From NCBI GenBank assembly GCA_009914755.4, contig CP086569.2:8416001-8480000 (forward strand): a stretch of 64,000 nucleotides of DNA, read 5' to 3'. Position numbers and translations under genes: made by a program. The notes beneath the pieces are model-generated. The model searched no databases and was not told where the DNA came from. It saw nothing but the letters and a program-made list of their open reading frames with translations. Source of the DNA: the human T2T-CHM13v2.0 reference genome, Homo sapiens. This document shows positions 38,707-51,282 of the stretch, one piece after another; positions within the stretch are counted from its first letter, which is position 1; every line of letters begins with the position of its first letter.

Positions 38707-38805
38707 AGTTTTTTTTTTTTTTTTTTTTTTTTTGAGACGGAGTCTCGCTCTGTCGCCCAGGCTGGAGTGCAGTGGTGGGATCTCGGCTCACTGCAAGCTC
38801 CGCCA
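38707..38805 (-). mobile_element. 5'-truncated Alu: T27 tail + ~70 bp of Alu 3' end, CpGs intact (young AluY-like)
   Basis: Contains 't(27)gagacggagtctcgctctgtcgcccaggctggagtgcagtggtgggatctcggctcactgcaagctccgcc'. Confidence 0.85.
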
Positions 38806-40369
38806 AGTTTTAAGCCTAGGCATTTGCCAGCATGGAGTTGAAGTTTAATGAGATAAGGAAGACTATGGGAAGAGCAGAGCGTTGCTGGGGAGTTGTGAAA
38901 GGATCATGCTTGGATTATGTTAGCATTTAGGAGCCTATTGGACATCCAAATAGAGAGGTAAATCGGCTCAATATACATGTTCAGATTTGGGAGATAATTC
39001 TGGGCTAAAATTGCACATTGGCAAGTTGAGAGCTACTAGTATGCAGATGGTATTTAAAACTATGTGACTTGTTGAGATAATCTCAAGAGTGAATATAAAC
39101 AGAAAAGAAAAGAGGATTCCTTCTGGGATGAGTCCCAGGGCACCCAATTGTTTTGAGGTTTATAAAAGAAATCAGGAAGAGTCTTAGAAGGAGTTGTCAG
39201 GGAGGTAGGAGGAAAATTAAGAGAGTAGTGGCCCAGAAGACAAATGATGGAAATGTTGCAAGAAAGAGGGTGTGATCTGTGATGTCAAATGTGACTGGAA
39301 GTTGAATAAGATGAGGAATGAGACTTGACCATGGGACATGGCAAGAGGGTGGTTATGGTCTCCTTGAAAAAAACTGTTTAAAAATGGAATAATGAGATCC
39401 AAAGTGTAACTGGAGTAGACTAGGGAGTTAATTTGAAACCAAAAATATAGATAACACTTTTGAAGGGTTTTTCTCTAAAGAGGAGCAGGTTGAATGAAGG
39501 AATAAAGTAAAACAATAGTCGGGATTGAATGCCTGGGAGTGAGTGACATTAATGAAGAGGAATTAATAGAGACAGTCAATGTGTTGGTAGTCCCATTGTG
39601 GTCAAATAATTGTTTTCAAGGCACTAGAGGGAGTGAGAAGAATATGAGGTGGCAGATAATGACATAAAATATTGATACTTTGGAGAAGATAAAAATTTAA
39701 ATAATGACAATGTCTGAGAAATAACCATAGGCATATATCACTAAGGTTGGATGGATGACATTTGGATTGAAATTACATCAGAGAAATCATATTCTTTGAG
39801 GAATTTTCTAAGATATAGGTGTTGAAGCCACTAAGAATGGTGAGAGGCATATAAATTATTTAGGGGACAAATCGTTCAATAAATGGTAAGAAAAATAGAG
39901 AAGGCTTCATAGTTAAAACAAGAATTGCAATTGGTATGATTTGATGGCTTACACTATACAGGATCTGGGGATTTTGAAGTGAGACATGAAAGGTTTGAAA
40001 ATGGCAATAGAAATAGGAAGACATCCACTCCAATCTCTGAGCCTACAGATATGAGGAGTGTAAGAAAGAAAACAACTTTCACTTACAGCGGTAAATGGGA
40101 ATCAGGGTTCTGAAGGGTAATGTAAAATCAAGTTAGAGAATATATATAAGATAAACATTATGAAGGGAGATTTAGAATAAAATAGATATGGTTAATAATA
40201 GACAGAGAGTTCCAAGGTATACAGTGAAAGATTATTTGGGCTTAGAACACTGTGGAGATGGAAGATGAACTGAGAGTCTTGGCCTGTTGTGGTGCAAGTT
40301 TCAGGATGTAATATAATCAACAGGCATTTATGTGTATTTGATAACATTTCATAAAGCCCATTATTTAAA

Positions 40370-42040
40370 AAAAATCAACTTTTATTGAGATATAGTGTGT
40401 AAATGTGCAGATTTGTTACATGGGTATATTATGTGATGCTGAAGTTTGGGTTACAGATCCTGTCACCCAGGTAGTGAAGATAGTACAAAATAGGTAGTTT
40501 TTCAACCCATCCTGCCTCCCTCCCCCATCTAGTAGTCTGCAGTGTCTAGTGTTCCTATTTTATGTCTGTGTTTTGAATGTTTAGCTTCCAAATATAAGTG
40601 AGAACGTATATTTGGTTTTCTGTTCCTGTATTCATCTGCTTATGATTATGGCCTCCAGCTGCATCTATGTCAATGCAAAGGGAATGGTTTTGTTGTTCCT
40701 TGTGTCTGTGTAGCACTCCACGGTTTATATGTACCACGGTTTCTTGATCCAATCCACAATTTTTGAGCACCTATGTTGATTCCATGTCTTTGCTATTGTG
40801 AATAGTGCTGTGATGAAAAAACAAGTACGTGTATCTTTTTTGTAGAATAATTTATTTTATTTTAGTTATTTACACATCAATGGGATTGCTGGATCCAATG
40901 ATATTTTCATTATAAGTACTTTGAGAAATCTCCAAACTGCTTCTGATAGTGGATGAACTAATTTACATTCTCACCAACAGAGTATAAGTCTTCTCTTTTC
41001 TTGATAACTTAACCAGCATCTGTTGCCTTTTGACTTTTTAATAACAGCCATTGTAACTGGTGTGAGATATTTTGATGTGTTTTTTATTTGTATTTCTCTG
41101 ATGATTAGTGATGATGAACATTTTTTCATATGTTTCTTGGCCACTTGTACATATCTTTTGAGAAGTGTCTGTTCATGTCTTTTGCTCATTATTTAATGGT
41201 TTTTTTTGTGCTTATTGATTTGTTTAATTTCCTTATAGATTCTTTATATTACACCTATTAGTCCTTTGTCTAATGCATAGCTTGAGAATAAATTCTCTCA
41301 TTCTCTACGTTTCCTGTTTACTCTGTTGATAGCTTTGTTTGTGGTGAACAAACTTTTTAGTTTCATTAAGTCCTGTCAGGCCTCTGAGCCCAAGCTAAAC
41401 CATCATGTGACATGCACATATAAGCCCAGATGGCCGAAAGCAAGTGAAGAATCACAAAAGTGAAAATGGCCTGTTCCTTCCTTAACTGATAATATTCCAC
41501 CACAAAAGAAGTCAAACTGGCCAGTCCTTGCTTTAACTGATGACATTACCTTGTGAAATTCCTTCTCCTGGCTCATCCTGTCTCAAAAGCTCCCCGACAG
41601 AGCACCTTGTGACCCCCACCCCTGCCCACCAGAGAACAACCCCGCTTTGACTGTAATTTTCCTTTACCTACCCAAATCTTATGAAACTGCCCCACCCCTA
41701 TCTCCTTTCACTGACTCTCTTTTTGGACTCAGTCTGCCTGCATCCAAGTGAAATAAAAAGCCTTGTTGCTCACACAAATCCTGTTTGGTGGTCTCTTCAC
41801 GTGGACGTGAGTGAAAAGTCCCTCTTATTAATTTTTGTTTTTGTTGCAGTTGCTTTGGGGAACTTAGCCAGAAATTCTTTGCCAAAGCTAATGTTCAAGA
41901 ATGGTACTTCCTAAGTTTTCTTGTAGGACTTTTATAATATGTAATCTTACATTTATATATTTAATTGATATTAAGTTAATTTTTGTATATTGTCAAAGTA
42001 GGGGTCCAGTTTAATTCTTCTGCATATGGCTAACCAGGTA
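40370..42040 (-). mobile_element. L1 5'-truncated copy (ORF2 C-term + 3' UTR), antisense, split by an LTR12-family insertion at 41375-41829
   Basis: ORFs 40971-41189 (-) ('MSKRHEQTLLKRYVQVAKKHMKKCSSSLIIREIQIKNTSKYLTPVTMAVIKKSKGNRCW') and 40555-40770 (-) are L1 ORF2 peptides. L1 antisense sequence resumes at 41830 ('..gcagttgctttggggaacttagccagaaattctttgccaaagctaatg..ttaattcttctgcatatggctaacc'). Confidence 0.85.
41375..41829 (+). mobile_element. Solo LTR of the LTR12 (HERV-9) family, short variant, flanked by 4-bp TSD GTCC
   Basis: Runs from 'ggcctctgagcccaagctaaacc..' through '..ctcactgactctctttttggactcagtctgcctgcatccaagtgaaataaaaagccttgttgctcacacaaatcctgtttggtggtctcttcacgtggacgtgagtgaaaa'. 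It matches the LTR12 U3-R-U5 layout, including the AATAAA signal and the 'gtttggtggtctcttcac' end. 'gtcc' occurs at 41371-41374 and 41830-41833, and the flanks rejoin into continuous L1 sequence. Confidence 0.8.
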
Positions 42041-43024
42041 TCTACACACTGTTTTAAAATTAGATGTTATATCTTAAAATTGATTGTGCCTTAGAATCAA
42101 GAAAGGATAGGCATTAGCATCAATAAATCAGTTTGAAATGGTTTAGATGAGAGGTCAGAAAACTGTAGCCCAAAGTCTATATGCAACATGATGCCTGCTT
42201 TTATAAGTAATATTTTACTGGAATGTAGCCCCATTTGTTAATTACTATTATCTATGACTGCTTTGCAGTAATATGACAGAGTTGATAAGTGTAACAGAAT
42301 TTGTATGGCCTGCAAAGGTGAAAATATTTATTATCTGTTCCTTTGTAGAAAAAAAGTTTATCAAATTTTGATCCAGATATATATCCATTGAATTGAACTG
42401 CAGAAATATTGTTTTAATGTAAATTTATTTTATGTACCCCTTCCAGAGCCTCTTATTTAGTCAGTCTGGCATATATCCTAGGATGCTGTGCACTTCAGAA
42501 TTGCCCCCAAGTAATTCTAATGCAGAATAATTAAGGAACAAACTTAAAGGCACTTTATTATGGATCAGGCTTGCTCAAATTTTCTTGCTGCTAAGAATAT
42601 TCTTGGTTGACTGACAAATATATAGCTTTCCAGCCTCCTTACCTGGAGATTGTGATTCAGTCACTCGGAGGCCTGGCCAAGTGTAGTTTGGTAAATCACG
42701 TATGTGGGGTGATTTTTATCTTCAGAAAAGTTTAGGAAACTTTGGAATGGATTCTCTGTTTAACCAGGAGCTATGCCTGCAATTCAAGTAAACTGTACTT
42801 GATGACTGTGTATTCTTTCTGTAAGCATTGTTAGGCACTGAACTACTTTCTAAGGGAGTACCAGTCAATCATCCACTGTAGTTCAAAAAAGATAGCCCTT
42901 GCTCATTGCTTGATATTTTATTTTTTATATTACTCCATTTAATCATTTATCAAGCTCTATAGTTCCTACCTTCAATGAGCTTGTTAATGGGGAAAGAGGG
43001 CAGATATTAAATAAACAGTCACAT

Positions 43025-43486
43025 TAAGAAAGGAGACCACCCCTTATATTGTCTTATACCCAATTTCTGCCTCCAAAGAAAGCAGAAGTAAAAACTAAAA
43101 TGCAGAAATAAAATCCACAAGCAGACAGTCCAGTGCCACACCCTGGGCCTGATAGTTAAAGATCAACCCCTGACCTAATAGGTTATGTTATCTATAGATT
43201 ACAGACATTGTATAGAAACGCACTGTGAAAATCCCTGTCCTGTTTTGTTCCGATCTAATTACTTGTGCATGCAGCCCCTAGTCATGTACCCCCTGCTTGC
43301 TCAATCAATCGAGACCCTCTCACAGGCACCCCCTTAGAGTTGTGAGCCCTTAAAAGGGACAGGAATTTCTCACTCAGGGAGCTCAGCTCTTGAGACAGGA
43401 GTCTTACTGATGCTCCCAGTTGAATAAACTGCTTCCTTCTTTAACTCGGTGTCTGAGGGGTTTTGTCTGTGGCATGTCCTGCTACA
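43025..43486 (+). mobile_element. 5' LTR (~460 bp; polyA signal 'aataaa' near 43426; ends ..gctaca)
   Basis: Direct repeat of 51283-51743. By eye ~91% identical (~40 mismatches). Confidence 0.85.
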
Positions 43487-43491
43487 TTTCT

Positions 43492-43509
43492 TGGTTCCCT
43501 CACCAAGAA
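43492..43509 (+). promoter_or_regulatory. Primer binding site, degraded tRNA-Glu type (TGGTTCCCTcACCaaGAA vs TGGTTCCCTGACCGGGAA)
   Basis: Lies 5 nt after the LTR end. Matches 14 of 18 positions; three of the four mismatches are G>A transitions. Confidence 0.6.
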
Positions 43510-44033
43510 GCAAGATGATTAATGGAGAGTTGAGTCAGCTCCTTAGGTGGCTTAGGTCTGCCCTGTGGAGCATCCCTGTGGGGGACTCTGGCCCACTGGA
43601 GGGATGCAGATCCTGAGAGTGCTCCCAGGTAGGCAATTGCCCTGGTGGAATGCTTTGCCAAAGCGGTGCATGGCAGGGCCCTGTGGAGTATCAACACAGT
43701 GCCTGCACACCGGGAAGGAACTGGCACTTGGAGTCCAGATAACTGAAACTTGGTAAGACTAGTCTTGGGAACTTGCCCACTCCATTTCAGTGGAAGCGTG
43801 GCCTGATAACCCATGGTGTGTCTGTACAGCACTTTGTTTTTTCTTTTTGACTTGACTTGGATTGCTTGAGACTTTGGTTTTGGATTTGACCTCACTTGGA
43901 TTTCTTGATACTCTGATTTTGGTTTTGATTCTGGTTTGGTGTAAACTGTAAAAGTGTGTGTGTGCCCTTTTTACCCATTCTTTGTTTTATGGTGTGCGTG
44001 TGGTGTAAGCATGGTGTATTGTCTAGAGGAAAC

Positions 44034-45560
44034 GTGGATCAGGCACAAACTAAGCCCACCCCACTAGGAACTATGTTGAAAATTTTCAAAAAGGGATTTA
44101 GGGGAGACTATGAAGTCACCATGACACCAGAAAAACTTAGAACTTTGTGTGAGATAGACTGGCCAGCATTAGAGGTGTGTTGGCCATCAGAAGGAAGCCT
44201 GGGCATGTCCCTTGTCTCAAAGGTATGGCACAGGGTAACCTGTAAGTTAGGGCACCTGGATCAGTCCCATATATAGATTCTTTGTTACAGTTGGTTTTGG
44301 AGCCCCCACAGTAGTTAAGAGGACAGGCAGCAGCAGTAGTAGTAGCAAAGGGAGAGTTAGTTAAGGAAGGTTCTTTCTCCACCCACAGAGGGAAGTCGGC
44401 ACCAAAAGTCCTGTCCGACCCAACACCAGAAGAATCATGGCAGGAATTGATACCAGAAGTACCCACTCCTTATCAAGAGGAAGTGTTCCCCACCCCTAAG
44501 CCCACAGCACCTCCACCTTCACCAGATAACCACACCCCTAGACCACCCAGACTAGACAAAAGAGGAAGAGAAACTGCAGGAGAAACTCCTCCCTTGGCAG
44601 CTAGCTTACAGCCTGAGACTGGAATCCAAATGTCCCTGAGAGAGCACCAATGTACTGGGGTAGATGAGGATGGACACATGTTGGAAAGGCGTGCCTTTGT
44701 ATTTCAACCTTTCATCTCTACTGACCTCCTCAATTGGAAAAATAATATTCTATCTTACACTGAAAAGCCTCAAGCTTTAACTGACTTGCTCCAAACCATT
44801 GTACAGACTCATAATCCTACTTGGGCTGATTGCCACCAGCTGCTTATGTACCTCTTTAATATAGATGAAAGGCAAAGGGTGCTCCAGGTGGGAACTAAGT
44901 GGCTAGAAGAGCATGTCCTAGCTGATTACCAAAACCCCCAAGAGTATATAAGAATTCAACTGCCAGGAACAGACCCCCAGTGGGACCGGAATGAGGGACC
45001 AGACATGGAGAAGCTAAGATGGTACCATGAGGCATTAATAGAAGGTCTAAAGAAAGGGGCTCAATAGGCTACAAATGTAAATAAGGTCTCTGAGGTCATC
45101 CAAGGAAAAGAGGAAAGTCCAGCACAGTTTTATGAAAGACTGTGTGAGGCTTACCGTCTGCACACTCCTCTTGATCCAGCTAGTCCTGAAAATCAGCGTA
45201 TGATTAATATGGCCTTAGTTAGTCAAAGCACAGAAGATATCAGGAGAAAATTGCAGAAACAGGCTGAGTTTGCAGGTATGAATACCTCATGTTTACTGGA
45301 AAGAACCAATCAAGTGTTTATGAATAGAGATGCAACAAGCCACAGAGAAAGCCTTAAGGAAGGCTAGTCAAAATGCCTACTTATTGGCCACAGCCATTAT
45401 GGGAATTCCCCTGAAAGGAGAGGGAAAGGGGTGTTCTGGGAAGAATACCCAGTCTAACCACCAATGCTGGCAATGTAACCAATGAGCCTATTGTAAGGAA
45501 ATAGGACATTGGAAAGATAAGTATCCCCAAATGATGGAAAAGCAAGTTTATTCAGAGCAA
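44034..45560 (+). pseudogene. Retroviral gag remnant (MA-p12-CA-NC), frameshifted
   Basis: MA N-terminus 'NVDQAQTKPTPLGTMLKIFKKGF..'. A 206-aa ORF (44447-45067) carries proline-rich p12 and the CA motif '..QPFISTDLLNWKNN'. The CA major region 'QGKEESPAQFYERLCEAYRLHTPLDP..' lies in another frame. The NC CCHC knuckle 'CWQCNQ*AYCKEIGHWKDKYPQ' contains a stop. Confidence 0.8.
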
Positions 45561-45589
45561 AAGACCTCAGATAAAGACAAGGGAGCTTT

Positions 45590-45960
45590 GTTCAAGCTGG
45601 CTGAAGGGCTACTGGACTGAAAGGGGCCAGGCTTAAGCACCCCTAAGGAGCCCAAGGTCAGGATTACAACTGGAGGCAAGGACATTAAGTTTTTGGTTGA
45701 TACTGGTGCTGAACATTCAGTAGTGACCACCCTGGTCACCCCCTTATTCAAGAAAACCATTGATATAATCAGAGCAACAGGAGTTTCCACTAAGCACACT
45801 TTCTGTCTACCACGGACCTGCTCAGTGGGGGGACCTAAGATAGTTCACCAGTTCTTGTACATGTGTGACTTTCATCTGCCCTTGCTTGGAAGAGACTTGC
45901 TTAGCAAGCTGAGAGCCACCATCTCCTTTACAAAACAGGGCTCTTTATGCTAAAGTTACT
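45590..45960 (+). pseudogene. Retroviral protease remnant (active site DTGA)
   Basis: ORF 45693-45953 reads 'MVDTGAEHSVVT..LLGRDLLSKLRATISF', a typical gamma-type PR. Confidence 0.8.
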
Positions 45961-48900
45961 GGGAACAGGAGTTATCATGACCCTTGCAGTCCCCAGGGAA
46001 GAAGAATGGAGACTTTTTCTAACCAACCTAGGCCAAGAGATAAAAACAGCTCTAGCTAAGTGATGGCTCCAAGTATGGGCAGAGGATAATCCTCTGGGAC
46101 TGATGGTCAACAAAGCCTCCATACTCATAAAAGTTAAGCCCAACCAATTCTACAAAAGCAGTATCTGGTTCCCAGAGAAGCTCTCAAAGGAATCCAGGTT
46201 CATCTCCGGTACTTGATAGCCTATGGAATTATAGTTCCTTGCCAGTCTCCATGGAACAAACCCCTCCTGCCTGTCCCTGAGACTGCCAGCCAGTACAGCA
46301 CTTGCGCTTGGTCAACCAAGCTACAGTGACTCTGCACCCAACAGTTCCTAACCTTTACACATTTTTAGGGCTGCTGCTGGCTGAGGACAGCTGGTTTACC
46401 TGTCTGGAGTTAAAAGATGTCTTCTTTAGCATCAGACTAGATCCTGAGAGCCAGAACCTCTTTGCCTTTCAGTAGGAATACCTGGAAGCAGGTGTCACTA
46501 CTTAGTACACTTGGACCCTGCTTCCACCAAGGGTTCAAGAACTCCACTACTATCTTTGGGGAGGCCCTGGTTTGAAACCTGCAAAAGTTTCCTCCTGAAG
46601 ACCTAGGCTGCATCTTGATCCTGTACGTGGACAACCATCTGCTGGGTCACTCCATGGAGTCGGGTGTGCAAAAGGGAAGAGTGTCCTGCTTTGGCACCTT
46701 TAGGACCATGGGTATAAGGTTTCCAAGAAGAAATCTCAGATCTGCAGACAGCAGGTATGCTACCTGGGATTCACTATTCAGAAAGAGGAGCGCGGCCTGG
46801 TGTCAGAAAAAAGCAGGTCATATACAGCCTACCAGAACCTAGAACCAGAAGACAAGTAAAGGAATTCCTAGGAGCTGTGGGGTTTTGCAGATTATGGATT
46901 CCTAACTTTGCAGTACTAGAAAAACCTTTGTACAGGGTTACACAGGGGGGTGACTGGGTGCTTTTTGAATGGAGGCCTCTACAATAGCAAGACTTTTGTA
47001 AGTTAAAGGAAAAATTTATGTCGACCCCCGCCATAGGACTACCAGATTTGACAAAGCCCTTTGCATTCTATGTGTCAGAAAGAGAAAAAATGGCAGTTGG
47101 AGTTTTAACTCAGACTGTGGGGCCCTGGCCAAGGCCAGTAGTCTACCTCTCAAAACAACTAGATGGGGTTTCCAAAGGCTGGCCACCATGTCTAAGGGCC
47201 CTGGCAGCAACAGCCCTGTTAGCACAAGAAGCAAATAAAATTGCCGTTGGGCAAAACCTGAATGAAAAGGCCCCCCATCTGTGGTAACTTTGATGAACAC
47301 GAAAGTACATCATTGGCTAAAAAATGCTCTATTAACCAAGTACCAAAACTTGCTATGTGAAAATCTGCACATAGATATTGAAATCTGTAACACCCTAAAT
47401 CCTGCCACCAGGCTTCCAGTATCAGAGAGACTGATTGCATATAACTGTGTAGAGGTGTTGGACTCAGTCAATTCTAGCAGATCTGACCTTCGGGACAAGC
47501 CATGGGCATCAGTAGACTGGGAGTTATACATGGAGGGGACCAGCTTTATCAATCCACAAGGATAAAGATGTGCATGATATGTGGTGGTAACATTGGACAC
47601 TGTCGTTGAAGCCAAACCATTTCCACAGGACACTTCAGCCCAGAAGGCTGAACTCATTGCTTAAATAACTTGGGCTCTGGAACTCAGTGAAGGTAAGACT
47701 GTAAACAGCTACACTGACTCTTGATACACCTTTCTAACCCTCCATGTGCATAGAGCATTATGTAAGGAAAAGTGCCGTTAAACTTTGAGGGAAAGAACAT
47801 AAAATATCAACAAGAAATTCTAAAATTATTAGAGGCAGTGTGGAAACCTCAGAAGGTGGCAGTCTTGCACTGCAGTGGACACCAGTGATCCTCCACCTCA
47901 GTGGCCTTAGGATACCCTTGAGCTGATTCAGAAGCTCAAAAAGCAGCATCTACTTCTTACTGGGCATCAGTAGCTATCCCCTTACTCCCTCAAATCCCTG
48001 ACTTGGTATCTGCCTATTCTAAGGTAGAAAAAGACTTCTTCCATGCAGAAGTGGGGCAAGTAATAAAAGGAGGATGGATCAGACTGCCAGATTTGAGGGT
48101 AGCTCTGCCACAGTTGCTGGGAGTCACAGTCGTATTGAACATGCACAAAACACTCATCTAGGACAAGAGTCACTTGAGGAATTGTTAGGCCAGTATTTCT
48201 ACATCTCACACTTGCCAGCACTTGCCAAAGCAGTAGCACGATGGTGTGTTACTTGCCAACAGCCAATGCGAGGCAAGGCCCCACAGTTCCACCATTCATA
48301 CAAGCTTATGGAGCGGCTCCTTTTGAGGATATTCAGGGGGATTTCACAGAAATGCTGCAATGTAGAGGTAACAAGTATTTGCGGGTTCTTCTGTGTACTT
48401 ACACTGGGTGGGTGGAGGCTTATCCAACAAGAACTGAAGAGGCCTACGAGGTAAAACATCTGCTTCTCTGAAATCTTATTCCTAGGTTTGGACTGCCCTT
48501 ATGAATCAGCTCAAATAACTGGCTGGCGTTTTTGCCTGACTTGGTACAGAAGACAGCAAAGGCATTAGGACTCACTTGGAAGCTACATGCTGTTTATGGA
48601 CCTCAGAGTTCTGGAAAGGTGGAGCGAATGAATCAGACTATCAAAAATTGTTTAGGGAAAGTAAGTCAGGAAACAGGATTCAAGTGGATACAAGCCCTTC
48701 CTATGGTATTGTTTAAAATTAGATGCACTTCTTCTAAGAAAACAGGATAATGTCCTTATGAAATACTGTACCATAGGCCTCCTCCTATACTATGGGAGCT
48801 TCCAGGCACTCCCAGAGAGTTAGGTGAAATTGAATTACAGCGACAACTACAGGCTTTAGGAAAAATTACACAAACAATCTCAACTTGGGTAAATGAGAGG

Positions 48901-49146
48901 TGTCCCATCAGCTTATTCTGCCCAGTTCACCCTTTCTCTCCAGGTGATTGCTTGTGGACCAAGGACTGGAACGTAGCCCCTTTGGGGCCACGGTGGAAAG
49001 GACCTCAGATCATCATCCTGACCACCCCCATGGCTGTAAACGTAGAAGGAATCCCAGCCTGGATCCACCACAGCTGTGTGAAACCTGCAGCCAGTGAAAC
49101 CTGGGAGGCAAAACCGAGCCCAGACAACCCAGCAAAGCGACTCTGA
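45960..49146 (+). pseudogene. Retroviral pol remnant (RT with YVDD>YVDN, RNase H, integrase), multiple frameshifts/stops
   Basis: RT motif 'ILYVDNHLL' at 46615. Also '..QVKEFLGAVGFCRLWIPNFAVLEKPLY' and the RNase H stretch '[68 protein letters not shown]' (close to MLV). IN core 'GDFTEMLQCRGNKYLRVLLCTYTGWVEAYPT' and 'LTWKLHAVYGPQSSGKVERMNQTIKN'. IN C-terminus '..WKGPQIIILTTPMAVNVEGIPAWIHHSCVKP'. Confidence 0.85.
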
Positions 49147-49206
49147 GGACAATAAGACCTGTTCCAGTCACACCCAGAAGCTGACTGTTTTATGAATGTC
49201 TGAAGC

Positions 49207-51255
49207 ATGAGAACAATCATCATGGGACTCATTTTCCTTATAATTTGGACTTGTGTAGTAAAAACTTCCACTGTTTTTCCCCACATGGAGGACAGCTGTC
49301 AGTGTATATATCAGGTTACCAAGTTAGGGCAACAAGTTAAAACAATATTTCTGTTCTATAGTTACTATGAATGCCTAGGAACTTTAAAAGGAAAATGTTT
49401 ATATAATGACACTCAGTACAAGGTATGTAGCCCAGGAAATGACTGATCAGATGTGTGTTAGGACCCCTCTGAGCCTCCCATGTCCACAGTTTTTGAAATA
49501 AGATTAAGGACTGAAGACTGGTGGGGACTCATAAATGATACAAGTTAAGTATTAGCCAATAAAGAAGAAAAAGAGGAGCCTGAAAGGATAATCTTGAAAT
49601 TTGATCCCTGTGCTGTCATTAATAGCAATAAGTTAGAAAGGGGATTGGCTCTTTTTGTTGGAAAAAAGGCTATATGACCAAAAATAAGTACATTTGTCAT
49701 GATTTAGGACTCTGTGGAAATGAATGTGGATACTGCTCTTGTTTCATGTGGACCACTTGGATAAAAAATGAAAGGGATTCAGTCCACCTTCAGAAAGGGA
49801 AAAATGGACCTTCCTGTACCAAGGGACAATGTAACCCCTTAGAGCTAACAAAAACCAATCCCCTTGATCATCGCTGAAAAAGGGGGAGTGTGTGGCCTTA
49901 GGAATCAATGGGGCCAGACTGGATCCTCCAGTAAATATCTTGGTTCAAGGAGAAGTTTACAAGCACTCTCCTGAGCAAGTGTGTCAAACTTTCTATGATG
50001 AATTAAATGTGCCAGTACCAAAAATTCCAGGAAAAACAAGAAATTTGTTTTTGCAATTAGCCGAGCATACAGCCTAGTCTCTCAATGTCACTTCATGTTA
50101 TGTATGTGGATAAACTGTAATGGGAGATCTATGGCCACGGAAAGCCCAAGAATTAGTACATACAGACGCAATTCCTGGCTCAGAAGAATCACCCTGATAA
50201 CTCCTGGGTCATAAAAGCCTAATTATTGGATAATATTTCATAGCTAGAGAAGGAAAATAATTAACTCACCCCTTAGGACAACTTAGTTGTCTTGGAAAAA
50301 AAACTGTCAACTGGTACCACAAAAACAGTCACTTGGTAGAGTTCAAATCACACAGAGAGGAATCCATTTAGTAAATTCCCAAAGCTGCAAATTGTGTAGA
50401 CCCACCCAGAGTCCCACAGGGACTGGACAGCCCTCACTGGATTATACTGGATATGTGGGCATGTAGCTTATGCCAAATTACCTGACTGGTGGGCAGGTAG
50501 TTGTGTTATTGGCTCTATTAAACCATCTTTCTTCCTACTGCCCATAAAACCAGGTGAACTCCTGGGCTTCCCTGTCTATGCTTCCCACGAAAAGAGGAGC
50601 ATAGCTATAGGAAATTGGAAAGATGTTGAATGGCCTCCTGAGAGAATAATACAATATTATGGGCCTGCTACTTGGGCACAAGATGTCTCGTGTGAATACT
50701 GGACCCGCATTTACATGATCAACTGAATAATATGGTTACAAGATATCTTAGAAATAATCACTAATAAAACTGGCAGAGCCTTGACTATTCTGGCCTCACA
50801 AGAAACTCGAAGAGAAATGCTATCATCAAAATAGATTGGCTCTCAACTACTTGGTAGCAGCTGAAGGAAAGATCTGTGGGAAATTTAACCTTACCAATTG
50901 CTGTCTACACAAAGGTGATCAGGGGCCAGTAGTTGAAGACATAGTTAGAGATATGACAAAACTGGAACATGTGCCCATGCAAGTGTGGCATGGATTTGAT
51001 CCTGGGGCCATGTTTGGAAAATGGTTCCCAGCACTAGGAGGATTTAAAACTCTTATAATAGGAGTTACAATAGTAATAGGATCCTGCTTACTGCTCCCTT
51101 CTTTGCTATCTGTACTTCTTCAAATGATAAAAAGCTTCATCACTATCATAGTTCACCAAAATGCTTCAGCACAAGTGTACTATATGAATCACTATCAATC
51201 TGTCTTGCATGAAGACATGGGTAATGAGAATGAAAGTGAGAACTCCCACTATTGA
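49207..51255 (+). pseudogene. Retroviral env remnant (SU + TM), frameshifted
   Basis: Signal-peptide-like start 'MRTIIMGLIFLIIWTCVVKTS'. TM ORF 50836-51255 carries the gamma-type CX6CC motif 'CGKFNLTNCC' and membrane anchor 'LIIGVTIVIGSCLLLPSLLSVLLQMI'. The immunosuppressive-domain region upstream is in a different frame (a stop after 'LASQETRREMLSSK'). Confidence 0.8.
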
Positions 51256-51266
51256 GTAAGATTCTC

Positions 51267-51282
51267 AAAATGGGTGGGGGGA
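51267..51282 (+). promoter_or_regulatory. Polypurine tract preceding the 3' LTR
   Basis: 'aaaatgggtggggggaa' lies immediately 5' of the 3' LTR. Confidence 0.6.

Noticed and set aside
44447-45067. 206-aa open reading frame that could be annotated as a novel proline-rich protein
   Set aside because: It is the p12/CA segment of the provirus gag ('QPFISTDLLNWKNN' CA motif), embedded between the frameshifted MA and CA/NC parts. I report it as a retroviral remnant, not a cellular gene.
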